NCBI GenBank assembly: GCA_965218435.1
Contig: CBDCKW010000005.1
Span: 256,001-320,000 of the forward strand
Direction of reading: 5' to 3'
DNA length: 64,000 bases
Source of the DNA: Truepera sp.
GTDB lineage: Bacteria > Deinococcota > Deinococci > Deinococcales > Trueperaceae
Position numbers and translations under genes: made by a program. This document shows, piece after piece, positions 10,613 through 20,235 of this stretch; the stretch's first letter is position 1; every line of letters begins with the position of its first letter. The notes under the pieces are model-generated. The model did no database searches. It worked only from the letters and a program-made list of their open reading frames with translations, and had not been told where the DNA came from.

Positions 10613-11014
10613 ATGGCTTCTATCTACAAGGAAATCCTGGTCGAGGTTGATCCCGAACAGGTGTGGGAGGCAGTTCGCGATGTTGGCGCAGTTCATAGGC
10701 GTCTTGTCTCGGGCGTATTGGTCGATGCGTATCTCGAAAGAGACGCAAGGGTCGTAACGTTTGCCAATGGCATGATGGTCCGTGAGCTGATCGTCACGCT
10801 CGACGACGATGCGCGCCGGTTCGTATATGCGTCGGTTGGCGGACGGGCTACCCACCACAACGCCTCGTTCCAAGTTTTTGATGCAGGTGGGGGCAGTACT
10901 CGGTTGATGTGGATTACGGACGTGCTACCCGACGAGATGGCCGCCTCTGTCAGTGCGTTGGTGGAGCAAGGTGCCGCCGCTATCAAGCAGACGCTCGAGC
11001 GGAAGGATGAGTAA
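10613..11014 (+). CDS. SRPBCC (polyketide cyclase-like) protein
   Basis: VWEAVRDVGAVH...RVVTFANG...HHNASFQV. Confidence 0.85.
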   Translation: MASIYKEILVEVDPEQVWEAVRDVGAVHRRLVSGVLVDAYLERDARVVTFANGMMVRELIVTLDDDARRFVYASVGGRATHHNASFQVFDAGGGSTRLMWITDVLPDEMAASVSALVEQGAAAIKQTLERKDE

Positions 11015-11067
11015 AACGACATCGGCTTCTACGTGCGCGACTATGAGTTTACATCAATGCTTTTGAC

Positions 11068-11307
11068 GTGCTTACGCCACCCAACCCCGACTACCGCGAG
11101 TTAATCCGCAGCATCCGCACCCCAATCCTTTTGGTTATTGAAGGCAGAGGTCTTGTTTCACTTGAAACGGCTCAAGCATTGCAAGGTCTTAACCCGCGCC
11201 TAAGCTACGAGCTGATAGCAGATGTCGGTCATGGTCTGCCGTATGATCAACCGGAACGTCTGGGAGCAATGGTCAAAGCCTTCTTACAGTCGTTGGTCAC
11301 AATGTAA
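11068..11307 (+). pseudogene. Alpha/beta hydrolase C-terminal remnant
   Basis: IRTPILLV...DVGHGLPYDQPE; no N-terminal half. Confidence 0.65.
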
Positions 11308-11430
11308 CGCGCCCTTTGGAAGCTTTCGTGAGTTAAGTAGGTTGTGACCCCTGTTTTTGTCACATAGAACTCTGGTGATGGAGGTTCTGTCCTTCAACTC
11401 CCAAAAAGATTAGACATCAAAACATACATC

Positions 11431-11460
11431 TTGACTTGTATTCCCATATAAGAATATAAT
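11431..11460 (+). promoter_or_regulatory. Promoter with ArsR operator, probably leaderless
   Basis: TTGACT (11431) and TATAAT (11455); GTATTC-N8-GAATAT 11438-11457; ATG 6 nt after the -10 with no RBS. Confidence 0.75.
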
Positions 11461-11466
11461 GACGAC

Positions 11467-11808
11467 ATGGCACGCAAGGCAACTACCTCGGATGTGTTCA
11501 ACGCGGTCGGCGAAGCCCAAAGGCGCGACATTCTGGGGTTGCTCGAGGGCGGCGAGCGGTCAGTGAACGAACTTGTCGAGGTGCTCGGTGCCAGGCAGCC
11601 CCAAGTCTCCAAACACCTCAAAGTCTTAAAGGAGGTCGGCCTAGTTAGTGTGCGTAGCGAAGGTCAGCAGCGGCTATACCGGCTGAACGGTGAAGCCCTC
11701 AAACCGATTTATGACTGGAGCAAATCTTTTGAGCATTTGTGGGCGGAGCGGTTAGACCGGTTGGACGCATATCTCGAGGAGCTAAAGAAAGGTGGGCATA
11801 AAGAATGA
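11467..11808 (+). CDS. ArsR/SmtB family regulator
   Basis: DVFNAVGEAQRRDIL...QPQVSKHLKVL. Confidence 0.9.
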   Translation: MARKATTSDVFNAVGEAQRRDILGLLEGGERSVNELVEVLGARQPQVSKHLKVLKEVGLVSVRSEGQQRLYRLNGEALKPIYDWSKSFEHLWAERLDRLDAYLEELKKGGHKE

Positions 11809-12290
11809 GTGGGAACAGCCAGGCTACGACGTTGACCCTGCCGTCGGACCGGGAGATTGTGATTACGCGCAACTTTGGTGCGCCGCGCCAGCTTGTGTTT
11901 GAGGCGTGGACGAAGCCAGAACACGTGCGGCAGTGGTACGGCATGGAGCCATTCACCATGACGGTATGCGAAATCGACCTGCGGGTCGGCGGCCACTGGC
12001 GCTATGTGCTGCGCGCACCCGACGGCAGCGAACACGGCTTTTTCGGCACCTATCACGAGATCACGCCGCCCGAACGCCTGGTGTACACCGAGGGGTATGA
12101 GGGGTTGCCACCGGGTCATGACTGCAGAGTTACCACCACCTTCGACGAGCAAGACGGCAAGACAACGTTGAAGAGTCTTCTGTTCTACCGCTCGAAGGAG
12201 GATCGCGACGCTCATATCGCTTCAGGGATGGAGGTGGGAATGCGTGAGACATTAGATCGGCTCGAGGCGCAGCTCGCGACAATGGCCTAA
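11805..12290 (+). CDS. SRPBCC/AHSA1 domain protein
   Basis: SDREIVITR.F.APR.LVFEAWT...DLRVGG; overlaps the ArsR stop. Confidence 0.9.
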   Translation: MSGNSQATTLTLPSDREIVITRNFGAPRQLVFEAWTKPEHVRQWYGMEPFTMTVCEIDLRVGGHWRYVLRAPDGSEHGFFGTYHEITPPERLVYTEGYEGLPPGHDCRVTTTFDEQDGKTTLKSLLFYRSKEDRDAHIASGMEVGMRETLDRLEAQLATMA

Positions 12291-12316
12291 ACGCAACCTT
12301 AAGAGGAGGAACCGAG

Positions 12317-13045
12317 ATGGACTACAAGACCCGTACAACGCCTGACTTAAAAAGTAGGGGAGAGACCCCGACAACAGCTGGATCAGGTATCGTCACGAAA
12401 CCACCCTCAACCCTTGAAGCATATGCGGCTAGAACAGCAATCTTTTCCGGCGTGCTCTTTGCTGTTCTGCTGCTCAGCTTGCATGTGTTCGAGCCGGAAT
12501 TTGACCCTACCTGGCGCTTTGTCAGCGAATACATGCTGAGCGACTTCGGCTGGCTGATGCACTTGGCTTTCCTGACACTGGCTGTGAGTATGGCGAGTGC
12601 CGGGGTCGCGGTTTTATCCCAAGTCCGCATCTGGACTGGGTACCTCGGCCTTACTGTTCTGGGGATTGCCGCCGTCGGTATCCTCATCGCCGCCATCTTC
12701 ACGACAGACCCGGCCATCACGAGCCGGAGTCAAGCGGCTGCGACGTTCAGCGGCACCATGCACGTGTTCGGGGCCTCGCTCGACTACACGCCCGTGGCAG
12801 CCCTGTTGCTGAGTTTCAGCTTGGCGCGTAACCAGGCTTGGCGGCCCGTTCGCCGTCGGCTTTTTCTCACCGCTGGGATCACACTGGCCTTGATGGCAGC
12901 CTTTATGGCCGTGCTGCCCTATGACGGCACCCTCCGCCCCGGCATGATCGCCGGTTTAGTGGGTCGGTTGCTGCTCCTCTCCTACCTCGGGTGGTTCACA
13001 GCCGTAGGTTTGCACGTCCTCAAGGTGCACAAGCAAAACGCGTAA
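12317..13045 (+). CDS. DUF998 family membrane protein
   Basis: PEFDPTWRFVSEY...FTTDP...MH...GR. Confidence 0.8.
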   Translation: MDYKTRTTPDLKSRGETPTTAGSGIVTKPPSTLEAYAARTAIFSGVLFAVLLLSLHVFEPEFDPTWRFVSEYMLSDFGWLMHLAFLTLAVSMASAGVAVLSQVRIWTGYLGLTVLGIAAVGILIAAIFTTDPAITSRSQAAATFSGTMHVFGASLDYTPVAALLLSFSLARNQAWRPVRRRLFLTAGITLALMAAFMAVLPYDGTLRPGMIAGLVGRLLLLSYLGWFTAVGLHVLKVHKQNA

Positions 13046-13111
13046 CGCTACAGCTTGAACCTAGACACAGGTGCACCGAAACTTAGCCATCTTCCCAAAA
13101 GGAGTAGACGC

Positions 13112-13555
13112 ATGGCAAACGAGACACTCACCCCTAATCCTGACCTTCAGACCCTCGCCCGACTGGTCGGTACCTGGCAGGTGTCCGGCGACGCGCAAGG
13201 ACAGAGCCGCTACGAGTGGACCGAAGGCGGATTCTTCCTCGTGCAGCACTTCGACCTTGTACGTGAGGGCCGACCGATCAGGGGCATCGAACTCATCGGA
13301 CACCTTCGGCCCCTCGAGGGCGAGCCCAGTGAAGAGATTTGGACGCGGGTCTACAGCTTTACGGACGGCCTGACACTCGACTATGTGTACGAACTTAACG
13401 GCGACACCCTCACAATTTGGGGCGGGGGCAAAGGGTCACCAGCTTATTACCAGGGTACGTTTAGCGCCGACGGCACCAATGTAGCCGGTGCCTGGCACTG
13501 GCCCGGCGGGGGCTACACAGCTGACATAACCAGGGTCACGGAAGTTGATGCGTGA
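13112..13555 (+). CDS. DUF1579-like protein
   Basis: LVGTW...YEWTEGGFFL; AAGGAG RBS; paralogous to 7425..7889. Confidence 0.75.
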   Translation: MANETLTPNPDLQTLARLVGTWQVSGDAQGQSRYEWTEGGFFLVQHFDLVREGRPIRGIELIGHLRPLEGEPSEEIWTRVYSFTDGLTLDYVYELNGDTLTIWGGGKGSPAYYQGTFSADGTNVAGAWHWPGGGYTADITRVTEVDA

Positions 13556-13657
13556 CCTACGCCCTCCTCAGGGCAAACTTGGGCGCGACCTTCGCACGCA
13601 AACTGCGGGGTCGCGCCCTCCTCTGGCCTCTGCTGTACTTGTTTTGGAGAACAGCAA

Positions 13658-14146
13658 GTGATTTCTTTACGGAAAGCGACCGCAGCCGATTTTGAAGCCA
13701 TCTGGCAGATATTCCGTGAGATTACCGACACCTACCCAGACGACTCCACCTGCACGCCTGACGAAGCGCAGCAGCTGTGGCTTGGCAAAGGCGTCTTCAC
13801 GGTGGTCGCCTCTACAGATGAGAACGTTGTCGGGGCTTACAAGTTGGCCCCGAATATGCCTGGGCGGGGTGCCCATGTCGCAAACGGCTCCTACATCGTC
13901 GCTGCTGACTATCGCGGGCGTGGTATCGGTCGCCTGCTTGTCGAGCATTCCCTTAGGGAGGCCAAGCGAGCTGGCTACCACGCCATCCAGTTCAACTTCG
14001 TGGTGAGCACGAACGATGCGGCTGTCAATCTCTATCAATCATTGGGCTTTCAAACGCTTGCAACCCTTCCGAAAGCGTTTCGTCATGGCACCCTCGGCTA
14101 CGTTGATGCTTATGTCATGTACCGATCGCTAGAGCATGAAGCTTAA
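13658..14146 (+). CDS. GNAT N-acetyltransferase
   Basis: RGRGIGR acetyl-CoA motif, QFNFVVSTN..AV.LY. Confidence 0.9.
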   Translation: MISLRKATAADFEAIWQIFREITDTYPDDSTCTPDEAQQLWLGKGVFTVVASTDENVVGAYKLAPNMPGRGAHVANGSYIVAADYRGRGIGRLLVEHSLREAKRAGYHAIQFNFVVSTNDAAVNLYQSLGFQTLATLPKAFRHGTLGYVDAYVMYRSLEHEA

Positions 14147-14381
14147 GAGTTTTCGTTAAGCCGAAAGAAGGAGAAGGCAGATGAGCACGGAAGGCAACTC
14201 TACCTCAACACCGAGGAGCGGGTTGCCTGTCGAGCCGTAGCAAACGCCCAGAGCGACCGCAACGCGCACCTTATCTGCCCGTCTACACTGCCCCGCACAC
14301 CACCGTCTCTAGGACAAGGTAGATAGAAACGCCGCTCGTTGCCTGTAACGAGGTTCTTTACACGCAACGTCATCCATGTCC

Positions 14382-14440
14382 ACACTTAGGTATTAACCTA
14401 AGTGTTTTGGTCTTGTATACTTAGCCAAGTGCCTAAGTAT
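14382..14440 (+). promoter_or_regulatory. Tandem ArsR operators
   Basis: ACACTTAGG-TATTAA-CCTAAGTGT (14382-14405) and ATACTTAG-N8-CTAAGTAT (14417-14440) covering -10 TATACT and the GTG start. Confidence 0.75.
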
Positions 14441-14773
14441 CTGCAAGAGTTCGATCAGACCTTTCAAGCGCTCGCCGACCCGACCCGGCGGCAAGTCCTG
14501 GAAAGACTGAGTCGTGGTCCCGCGACCGTCACGGAGCTGGCAGAACCCTTTGACATGGCACTGCCCTCGTTGATGCAGCACCTGCAGGTGCTGGAAAGGA
14601 GTCAGCTCGTGAGTTCGGAAAAAGTGGGACGTGTGCGCACCTTCCGGCTCGTACCTCAGAAGATCGAAAGCGCAGGGTCGTGGCTGCAAGCGCAACTCGA
14701 TGGGTGGCAGCGCAGGCTAGATCAATTCGATACCTATGTCAAAGAGTTAGCCGATGAGGAGAGTGATGAGTAA
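14429..14773 (+). CDS. ArsR/SmtB family regulator
   Basis: FQALADPTRRQVL...QHLQVLE; GTG start 14429 inferred from the -10 position. Confidence 0.9.
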   Translation: MPKYLQEFDQTFQALADPTRRQVLERLSRGPATVTELAEPFDMALPSLMQHLQVLERSQLVSSEKVGRVRTFRLVPQKIESAGSWLQAQLDGWQRRLDQFDTYVKELADEESDE

Positions 14774-15251
14774 CGCTTCGTACTTCGATGTTGATCCCTC
14801 GCTGGATTTAGTTTTGGAGCGTGAGCTCGACGTATCCCGAGAGATCGTCTGGCGCGCCTGGACACAAGCCGAACATGTCAGAAGATGGTACGCCCCCGCC
14901 CCCATGACCGTTGCTGAATGTGAGATCGACTTACACCCCGGCGGCAGGTTTTACACCGTGATGCAGACCCCCGACGGGCAAACGTTTCCGAGTACGAGCT
15001 GTTACCTCGAGATCGTCCCGAATGAAAAGCTCGTTTTCACCAACGCGCTCGCTCCAGGCTACCGCCCAAGCAGACAACCCTTCTTCACGGCCATAGTAGT
15101 GCTCGAGCCGACACCAACGGGTACCAAGTACACCGCCGTCGCCAAACATAAGGATCAGGCCGGCCGACAGCAGCATGAAGACATGGGATTTCACGAAGGG
15201 TGGGGGCTATGTCTCGACCAGCTCGTCACCCTCGCAAAAGGGTTGAAGTAA
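14766..15251 (+). CDS. SRPBCC/AHSA1 domain protein
   Basis: LDLVLERELD...W.AWT...DLHPGG...HEDMGFHEGW. Confidence 0.9.
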   Translation: MSNASYFDVDPSLDLVLERELDVSREIVWRAWTQAEHVRRWYAPAPMTVAECEIDLHPGGRFYTVMQTPDGQTFPSTSCYLEIVPNEKLVFTNALAPGYRPSRQPFFTAIVVLEPTPTGTKYTAVAKHKDQAGRQQHEDMGFHEGWGLCLDQLVTLAKGLK

Positions 15252-15422
15252 GCATGTCATCTGACCGAAACGTTGGTTCCTAGCAGCAAACCCCTGCCGC
15301 AATTAGCAGCGACCGTCGAGAAAAGGCGAGACGGTCACGTGCTGGAAAGCACGTGACCTGATAGGAAAATGGACAACACGCCGCCCGAAGCCTTGAAGAC
15401 TTATTTACAGGAGAAGACTTAC

Positions 15423-16206
15423 ATGGAAACAGTTACTTCCAAAGATGGCACGACGATTGATTGCATTCGATAAGTCAGGGCAGGGAGAACCTGTCATCTT
15501 GGTGTGCGGTGGGTCGGTCGATCACACCTCGAACGCACCGCTGGCGGCACGGCTCGCTGAGCATTTCACCGTCTACAACTACCACCGGCGGGGTCGGGGT
15601 GACAGTGGCGACACGCAACCCTACGCGGTGGAGCGTGAGGTCGAGGACATTGAGGCTGTTATCAACGAAGCGGGCGGTTCGGCGTTTTTGTACGGCACCT
15701 CTTCGGGCGCGGCACTGGCACTCGAGGCCACTCGTCAACGCCCGACCAAGATTACGAAGCTGGCGATGTGGGAGCCACCCTACATCCTCGACGAAACGCG
15801 CCGACCCCCAGCAGACACCGCGAGCGTCTATACCCAACTGGTCGCCGAGGGACGCCGGGGTGACGCCGCCGAGTACTTTATGACTCAGGTCGTCAGGATG
15901 CCACCCGAATTTGCCGCGAACGCGCGAAGCCAGCCCTGGTGGGCGGCGCAAGAGGCTTTGGCCCACACCCTCGCTTATGACGCTACCGTTATGGGTGACT
16001 ATTCCTTGCCCGCCGAGCGCATCGCCGAAGTTGAAACCCCTACCCTCGTGATTGACGGCAGCACGAGCTTCCCCTTCATGCACGAAACGGCGGACGCCGT
16101 TGCCGAACTGCTTCTTAGGGGACACCGCCGCACCTTAGAGGGCCAGCAGCACAACGTTGACCCGACAGTCCTTGCACCTGCGTTAGTCGAGTTTTTCGCT
16201 TCTTAA
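15423..16206 (+). CDS. Alpha/beta hydrolase; native start frameshifted by a 4-bp duplication, alternative ATG at 15445
   Basis: RBS+METVTSKDGTTI, then GATTGATT; downstream RRGRGDS, GTSSGA, GQQH. Confidence 0.8.
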
Positions 16207-16259
16207 TTCGGTTTCTAATCAAGTCTCAAACCATCAGTAAATAGGAAAAGGAGAAGGTT

Positions 16260-16940
16260 ATGCAACAAACTTTTTCAAATGACGTAAGCAACCGTGCAGC
16301 CTCGAATGCGAGGTTAACAAAAACCCTCCTCGCTTGTGCCGTCATTGCAGGCCCTTTCTACCTTGTCGTGGGCCTGATTCAAGCGTTTACGCGCCCTGGC
16401 TTCGACATCACCCGGCATGACCTCAGCTTGTTAAGCAACGGTACTTTGGGCTGGATTCACATTGCAAACTTGATTCTTACGGGTCTGCTCGTCATCGCCG
16501 GGGCGGTTGGAATGAGGCGGGTTCTGCAGGGCAGTCGTGGCGGAACCTGGGGACCGTTGCTCATCGGCGTCTACGGTTTGGGCCTCATCGGTGCAGGCAT
16601 CTTTGTTGCCGACCCAGCCTTGGGTTTTCCGCTCGGGACCCCCGCCGACGCGAACGCCATCAGCGGGCACGGTCTGCTGCACTTCGTCTGTGGTGGCTTG
16701 GGCTTTCTTGCCTTCATCGCCGCGTGTTTCGTGTTTGCCCGCCGCTTCGCTGCGTCAGGACAAAAGGGATGGCAAGTGTTCTCTGTCGTCACGGGGCTCA
16801 TCTTTTTAGCCGGTTTCTTCGGAATTGCCGCAGGGTCGGGCAATGGCTGGACCCTCCTGGGTTTCTGGATTGCGGTCGTCGTCGCTTGGGCGTGGCTTTC
16901 AGTGGTAGCGAGTCGGTTACGGCGAGAGATTGCTTGCTAG
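16260..16940 (+). CDS. DUF998 family membrane protein
   Basis: RPGFDITRHDLSLLS.G..GW...FVADPALGFP. Confidence 0.85.
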   Translation: MQQTFSNDVSNRAASNARLTKTLLACAVIAGPFYLVVGLIQAFTRPGFDITRHDLSLLSNGTLGWIHIANLILTGLLVIAGAVGMRRVLQGSRGGTWGPLLIGVYGLGLIGAGIFVADPALGFPLGTPADANAISGHGLLHFVCGGLGFLAFIAACFVFARRFAASGQKGWQVFSVVTGLIFLAGFFGIAAGSGNGWTLLGFWIAVVVAWAWLSVVASRLRREIAC

Positions 16941-17037
16941 GTAGTGGAGAGGGCTACAGGGCTGAGGCAATAAGGAGCATCACTACAGTCGTCCAACACA
17001 ACACTTAAAAAGGCAACCCAAAGCCAGGGAGGATTGT

Positions 17038-17970
17038 ATGAAAAACGTAGCTGCAAAACCCGGTATCAGCCTCGAGTTCAAGCTGATGAGGACACTGACT
17101 GCTTTCGTCGCGCTAGGTTTGGCAACCCAGACGTTCGGTCTTGCTCAAACTGAAGGAACAGAGATGAACAACGTTCAAGGCAAGTATGCGGAAGTGAATG
17201 GCCTCAACTTATACTACGAAGTCCACGGTATGGGTGAACCTCTGGTGCTGCTACACGGCGGTGTCGGAGCTCTCGAGATGTTTGGTGAAGTGTTGCCCAT
17301 GCTGGCTGACCATCATCAGGTCATCGCGGTGGATTTACAAGCCCACGGACGTACCGCCGACATCGACCGCCCCCTCTCTTACGAGGCGATGGCCGACGAC
17401 GTTGCGGCGCTTATCAGAAAGCTAGGTCTCGAGCAGGCCGACGTGATGGGCTACTAGCTCGGGGGTAGCGTCGCGCTGAGAACGGCGATTCAGCATCCCG
17501 AGGTGGTGCGTAAGCTCGTCGTCGTGTCGGCAGCCTTCAAGCAAGATGGTTGGTATCCCGAGATTCTTGCAGGCGAAGCTCAGATGAACGCTCAAGCAGC
17601 CGAGGCCATGAAACCCACACCGCTTTATCAGCTCTACGCTAGCCTTGCGCCCCGCGTCGAGGATTGGCCCGTGCTGATTACGAAGTTGGGTGACCTTTTG
17701 AGGCAAGACTATGACTGGTCGGACGACGTAAAACAACTCAAAAGCCCAACGCTCCTCGTCTTTGGTGACGCCGACGCAGTTCGCACTTCACATGCCGTGG
17801 CGTTCTTTGAACTCCTAGGTGGCGGTCAGAGAGACGGCGGCTATGACGGCTCGGGGATGTCCGCTTCGCGGCTGGCGATTCTGCCAGGGATGACGCACTA
17901 CACCATCTTCTCGTCTCCTGAACTGGCAGCAACGGTCATTCCCTTCCTCGACGCGCCTATGCCCCAGTAG
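17038..17970 (+). pseudogene. Alpha/beta hydrolase with TAG at the nucleophile codon
   Basis: GGC TAC TAG CTC GGG GGT = GY*LGG at 17455-17457; frame continues to 17970. Confidence 0.85.
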
Positions 17971-18016
17971 GCTGGCGACGTACATCACCGATATCAACGC
18001 TCTCAAACCAACCAGT

Positions 18017-18047
18017 GGCGGCTCCCCTCACGGCGAGGGGAGCGCCT
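18017..18047 (+). terminator. GC-rich hairpin after the hydrolase
   Basis: GCTCCCCTC...GAGGGGAGC inverted repeat; weak U-tract. Confidence 0.4.
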
Positions 18048-18092
18048 ACAGCAAAGCGTTCCGTTCCATAATTTAAGCAGATTGGACCTAAG

Positions 18093-18530
18093 TTGAAAAC
18101 AACGTTCACCACAACCATCAAAGCCTCGGGCAACAACACGGGCATCGAAGTGCCGCCTGAAAACATTGCAGAGCTGGGCTCGAGCAAAAAGCCACCTGTC
18201 AAAGTCCATCTTCCCGGTTACAGCTATCCGAGCACGGTGGCGGTCATGGGCGGAAACTACCTGATTGCCTTGAGCAAAGCCCACCGCGAAGCAGCGGAAC
18301 TTCAAGCAGGTGACAAAGTTGAGGTGACGCTCGAGTTAGACGAAACGCCGCGCACCGTCGAAGTGCCGGACGATTTACAAGCGGCGTTGGACCAAGCAAG
18401 CGTAGCGGCCTCGTTTGAGGCGTTGGCCTTTTCAAAACGCAAGGCGTTCGTGCAGCAGTTAGAGGACGCCAAGACCGAAGAAACCAGGGCGCGGCGCATC
18501 GCCAAAATCGTCGCGTCGCTTAGCGAATAG
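18093..18530 (+). CDS. DUF1905 + YdeI/OmpD-associated protein
   Basis: TGIEVP...PPVKV...RTVEVPDDL...AKTEETRARRI. Confidence 0.85.
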   Translation: MKTTFTTTIKASGNNTGIEVPPENIAELGSSKKPPVKVHLPGYSYPSTVAVMGGNYLIALSKAHREAAELQAGDKVEVTLELDETPRTVEVPDDLQAALDQASVAASFEALAFSKRKAFVQQLEDAKTEETRARRIAKIVASLSE

Positions 18531-18547
18531 GCTTAAAAAGGAGACCC

Positions 18548-18778
18548 ATGTCGTTTCAATCGTACCTGAACAACATCGAAGCCAAAACCGGTAAGAACGC
18601 CGAGGACTTTCGCAACCTCGCAGCGGAAAAGGGCTTTACCGAAAACGGGAACATAAAAAAAGGCGTCAAGGCAGGGGAGGTCGTGCAGTGGCTCAAGGAC
18701 GACTTCGACTTGGGTCACGGTCATGCGATGGCGATTTACGCACTCCTCAAAGGTGCAAAGCACGAAGGCAGTGAGTAG
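18548..18778 (+). CDS. DUF4287 domain protein
   Basis: MSFQSYLNNIEAKTGK...WLK..F.LGHGHAMA. Confidence 0.85.
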   Translation: MSFQSYLNNIEAKTGKNAEDFRNLAAEKGFTENGNIKKGVKAGEVVQWLKDDFDLGHGHAMAIYALLKGAKHEGSE

Positions 18779-19059
18779 TGTACCTATCATCTTCTGGAAA
18801 ACGCTTTGCATCAGCTTCGTTTGTTGCCCCTGTTTGACTTAGCGACGCAAGGGACGCTGAAAGAGCAATGGCTCGGTACCCCGTTTTTGTACGAGAGACG
18901 TGCGCCTTTTGCACAACGCTTACGCATTTGGCAGGTCGTACACACTTAAAAAGTTGAGCAGACGCGGCCTCCTTGGGGTATACTAACGACACCACTGGTC
19001 AGCACCCGAACAAAGTTGAGCTATCGCTTTGCAGTCAGTTTACGCTGCCCAGGAGGGTT

Positions 19060-19533
19060 ATGTCTACACCAATCCGTTTTGAAGACTTTACCAATAACCT
19101 GTTCACCTTACTTATTGAAACCTTTGAAAGCCCACCCCGACCTTTCAGCGCCTACCTCGACCAAAAGGCGGGGCTGTTCGACACCCTCAGCCAGCTCTCG
19201 GCTGAACAGGCTTCGCAGCTAATCACAGAAGGTGGTACCAGTATCGCCGCTCAGGTCATCCACCTGAAGTACTACATCGAGGTGTTTGAACAGTTCTTAG
19301 ACAGCAAGAAGGTCGAGGCGGATTGGCACGCCAGTTGGCAACTTAAAGACGTTACGCCAGAAGCGTGGGAAACGCTAAAAAAAGACCTCGAGACAACTTA
19401 TAGAAGGCTAAAACGAAAGCTCGAGGGTATCGAGACCTGGAACGACGACGCGGTGGGTGACAGCATGGCTATCGTCGTCCATACGGCCTACCACTTAGGC
19501 GCGATACGCCAGATTGGGCGTACCGTCAGGTAG
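19060..19533 (+). CDS. DinB/YfiT-like protein
   Basis: SIAAQVIHL...HTAYHLGAIRQ; AGGAGG RBS. Confidence 0.8.
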   Translation: MSTPIRFEDFTNNLFTLLIETFESPPRPFSAYLDQKAGLFDTLSQLSAEQASQLITEGGTSIAAQVIHLKYYIEVFEQFLDSKKVEADWHASWQLKDVTPEAWETLKKDLETTYRRLKRKLEGIETWNDDAVGDSMAIVVHTAYHLGAIRQIGRTVR

Positions 19534-19722
19534 CTTGTGCCACGCTTGCGCCGAGCTGTTCGAACGCCTCTACCTCTTTTCACTTGTACACCGCTGTATA
19601 AGCGCCATGCACTTTCATGGATGGCCCTTCTATTAGAGAGTTAGCTAAATCTCCCTTTTGGCAGTCAATCTCAGCAACTTGTTGCCCTTGTTTCGGTGCC
19701 GTTTAGATGAGGAGAAAAACCT

Positions 19723-20200
19723 GTGTTCACTCGAGAAGACATCAACGTAGCTCTGGTCAGCAAGTTGGTCGCCACGCAGTTTCCCCGGTAGGCAAACTTG
19801 CCTATCAAACTCGTGGAGCCGAGCGGCTGGGACAACCGAACGTTTCTCCTCGGCTCCACCATGACGGTTCGGCTACCGAGTGCCGAGGGCTACGCGCCCC
19901 AAGTGAAAAAGGAACACCGCTGGTTGCCCAAACTCGCACCGCTGTTGCCCCTGCCCATTCCTGTTCCTCTGGCAAAAGGGGAACCCGATGACGGCTATCC
20001 CTGGTCGTGGTCTATCTACCCCTGGCTCGAGGGCGAGACGGCAACTCTGGAACGCATCGCCGACTTACCAGAGTTTGCAACGACACTCGCCCACTTTCTC
20101 ACGGCTCTCTAAACCATAGACGCCACAGCTGGACCCCTGTCGGCACCTCACAGTGGTTTTCGTGGTGGACTCTTGAGTACTTACGGCGCGGAGACTCGAG
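19723..20200 (+). pseudogene. Aminoglycoside phosphotransferase family pseudogene
   Basis: SGWDNRTF.LG...VRLP...KEHRWLP; stops at 19789 (TAG) and 20110 (TAA); C-terminal half missing. Confidence 0.85.
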
Positions 20201-20235
20201 CTACGCTTCCTGTTGGGACTCGCTCTTAGTAACAG

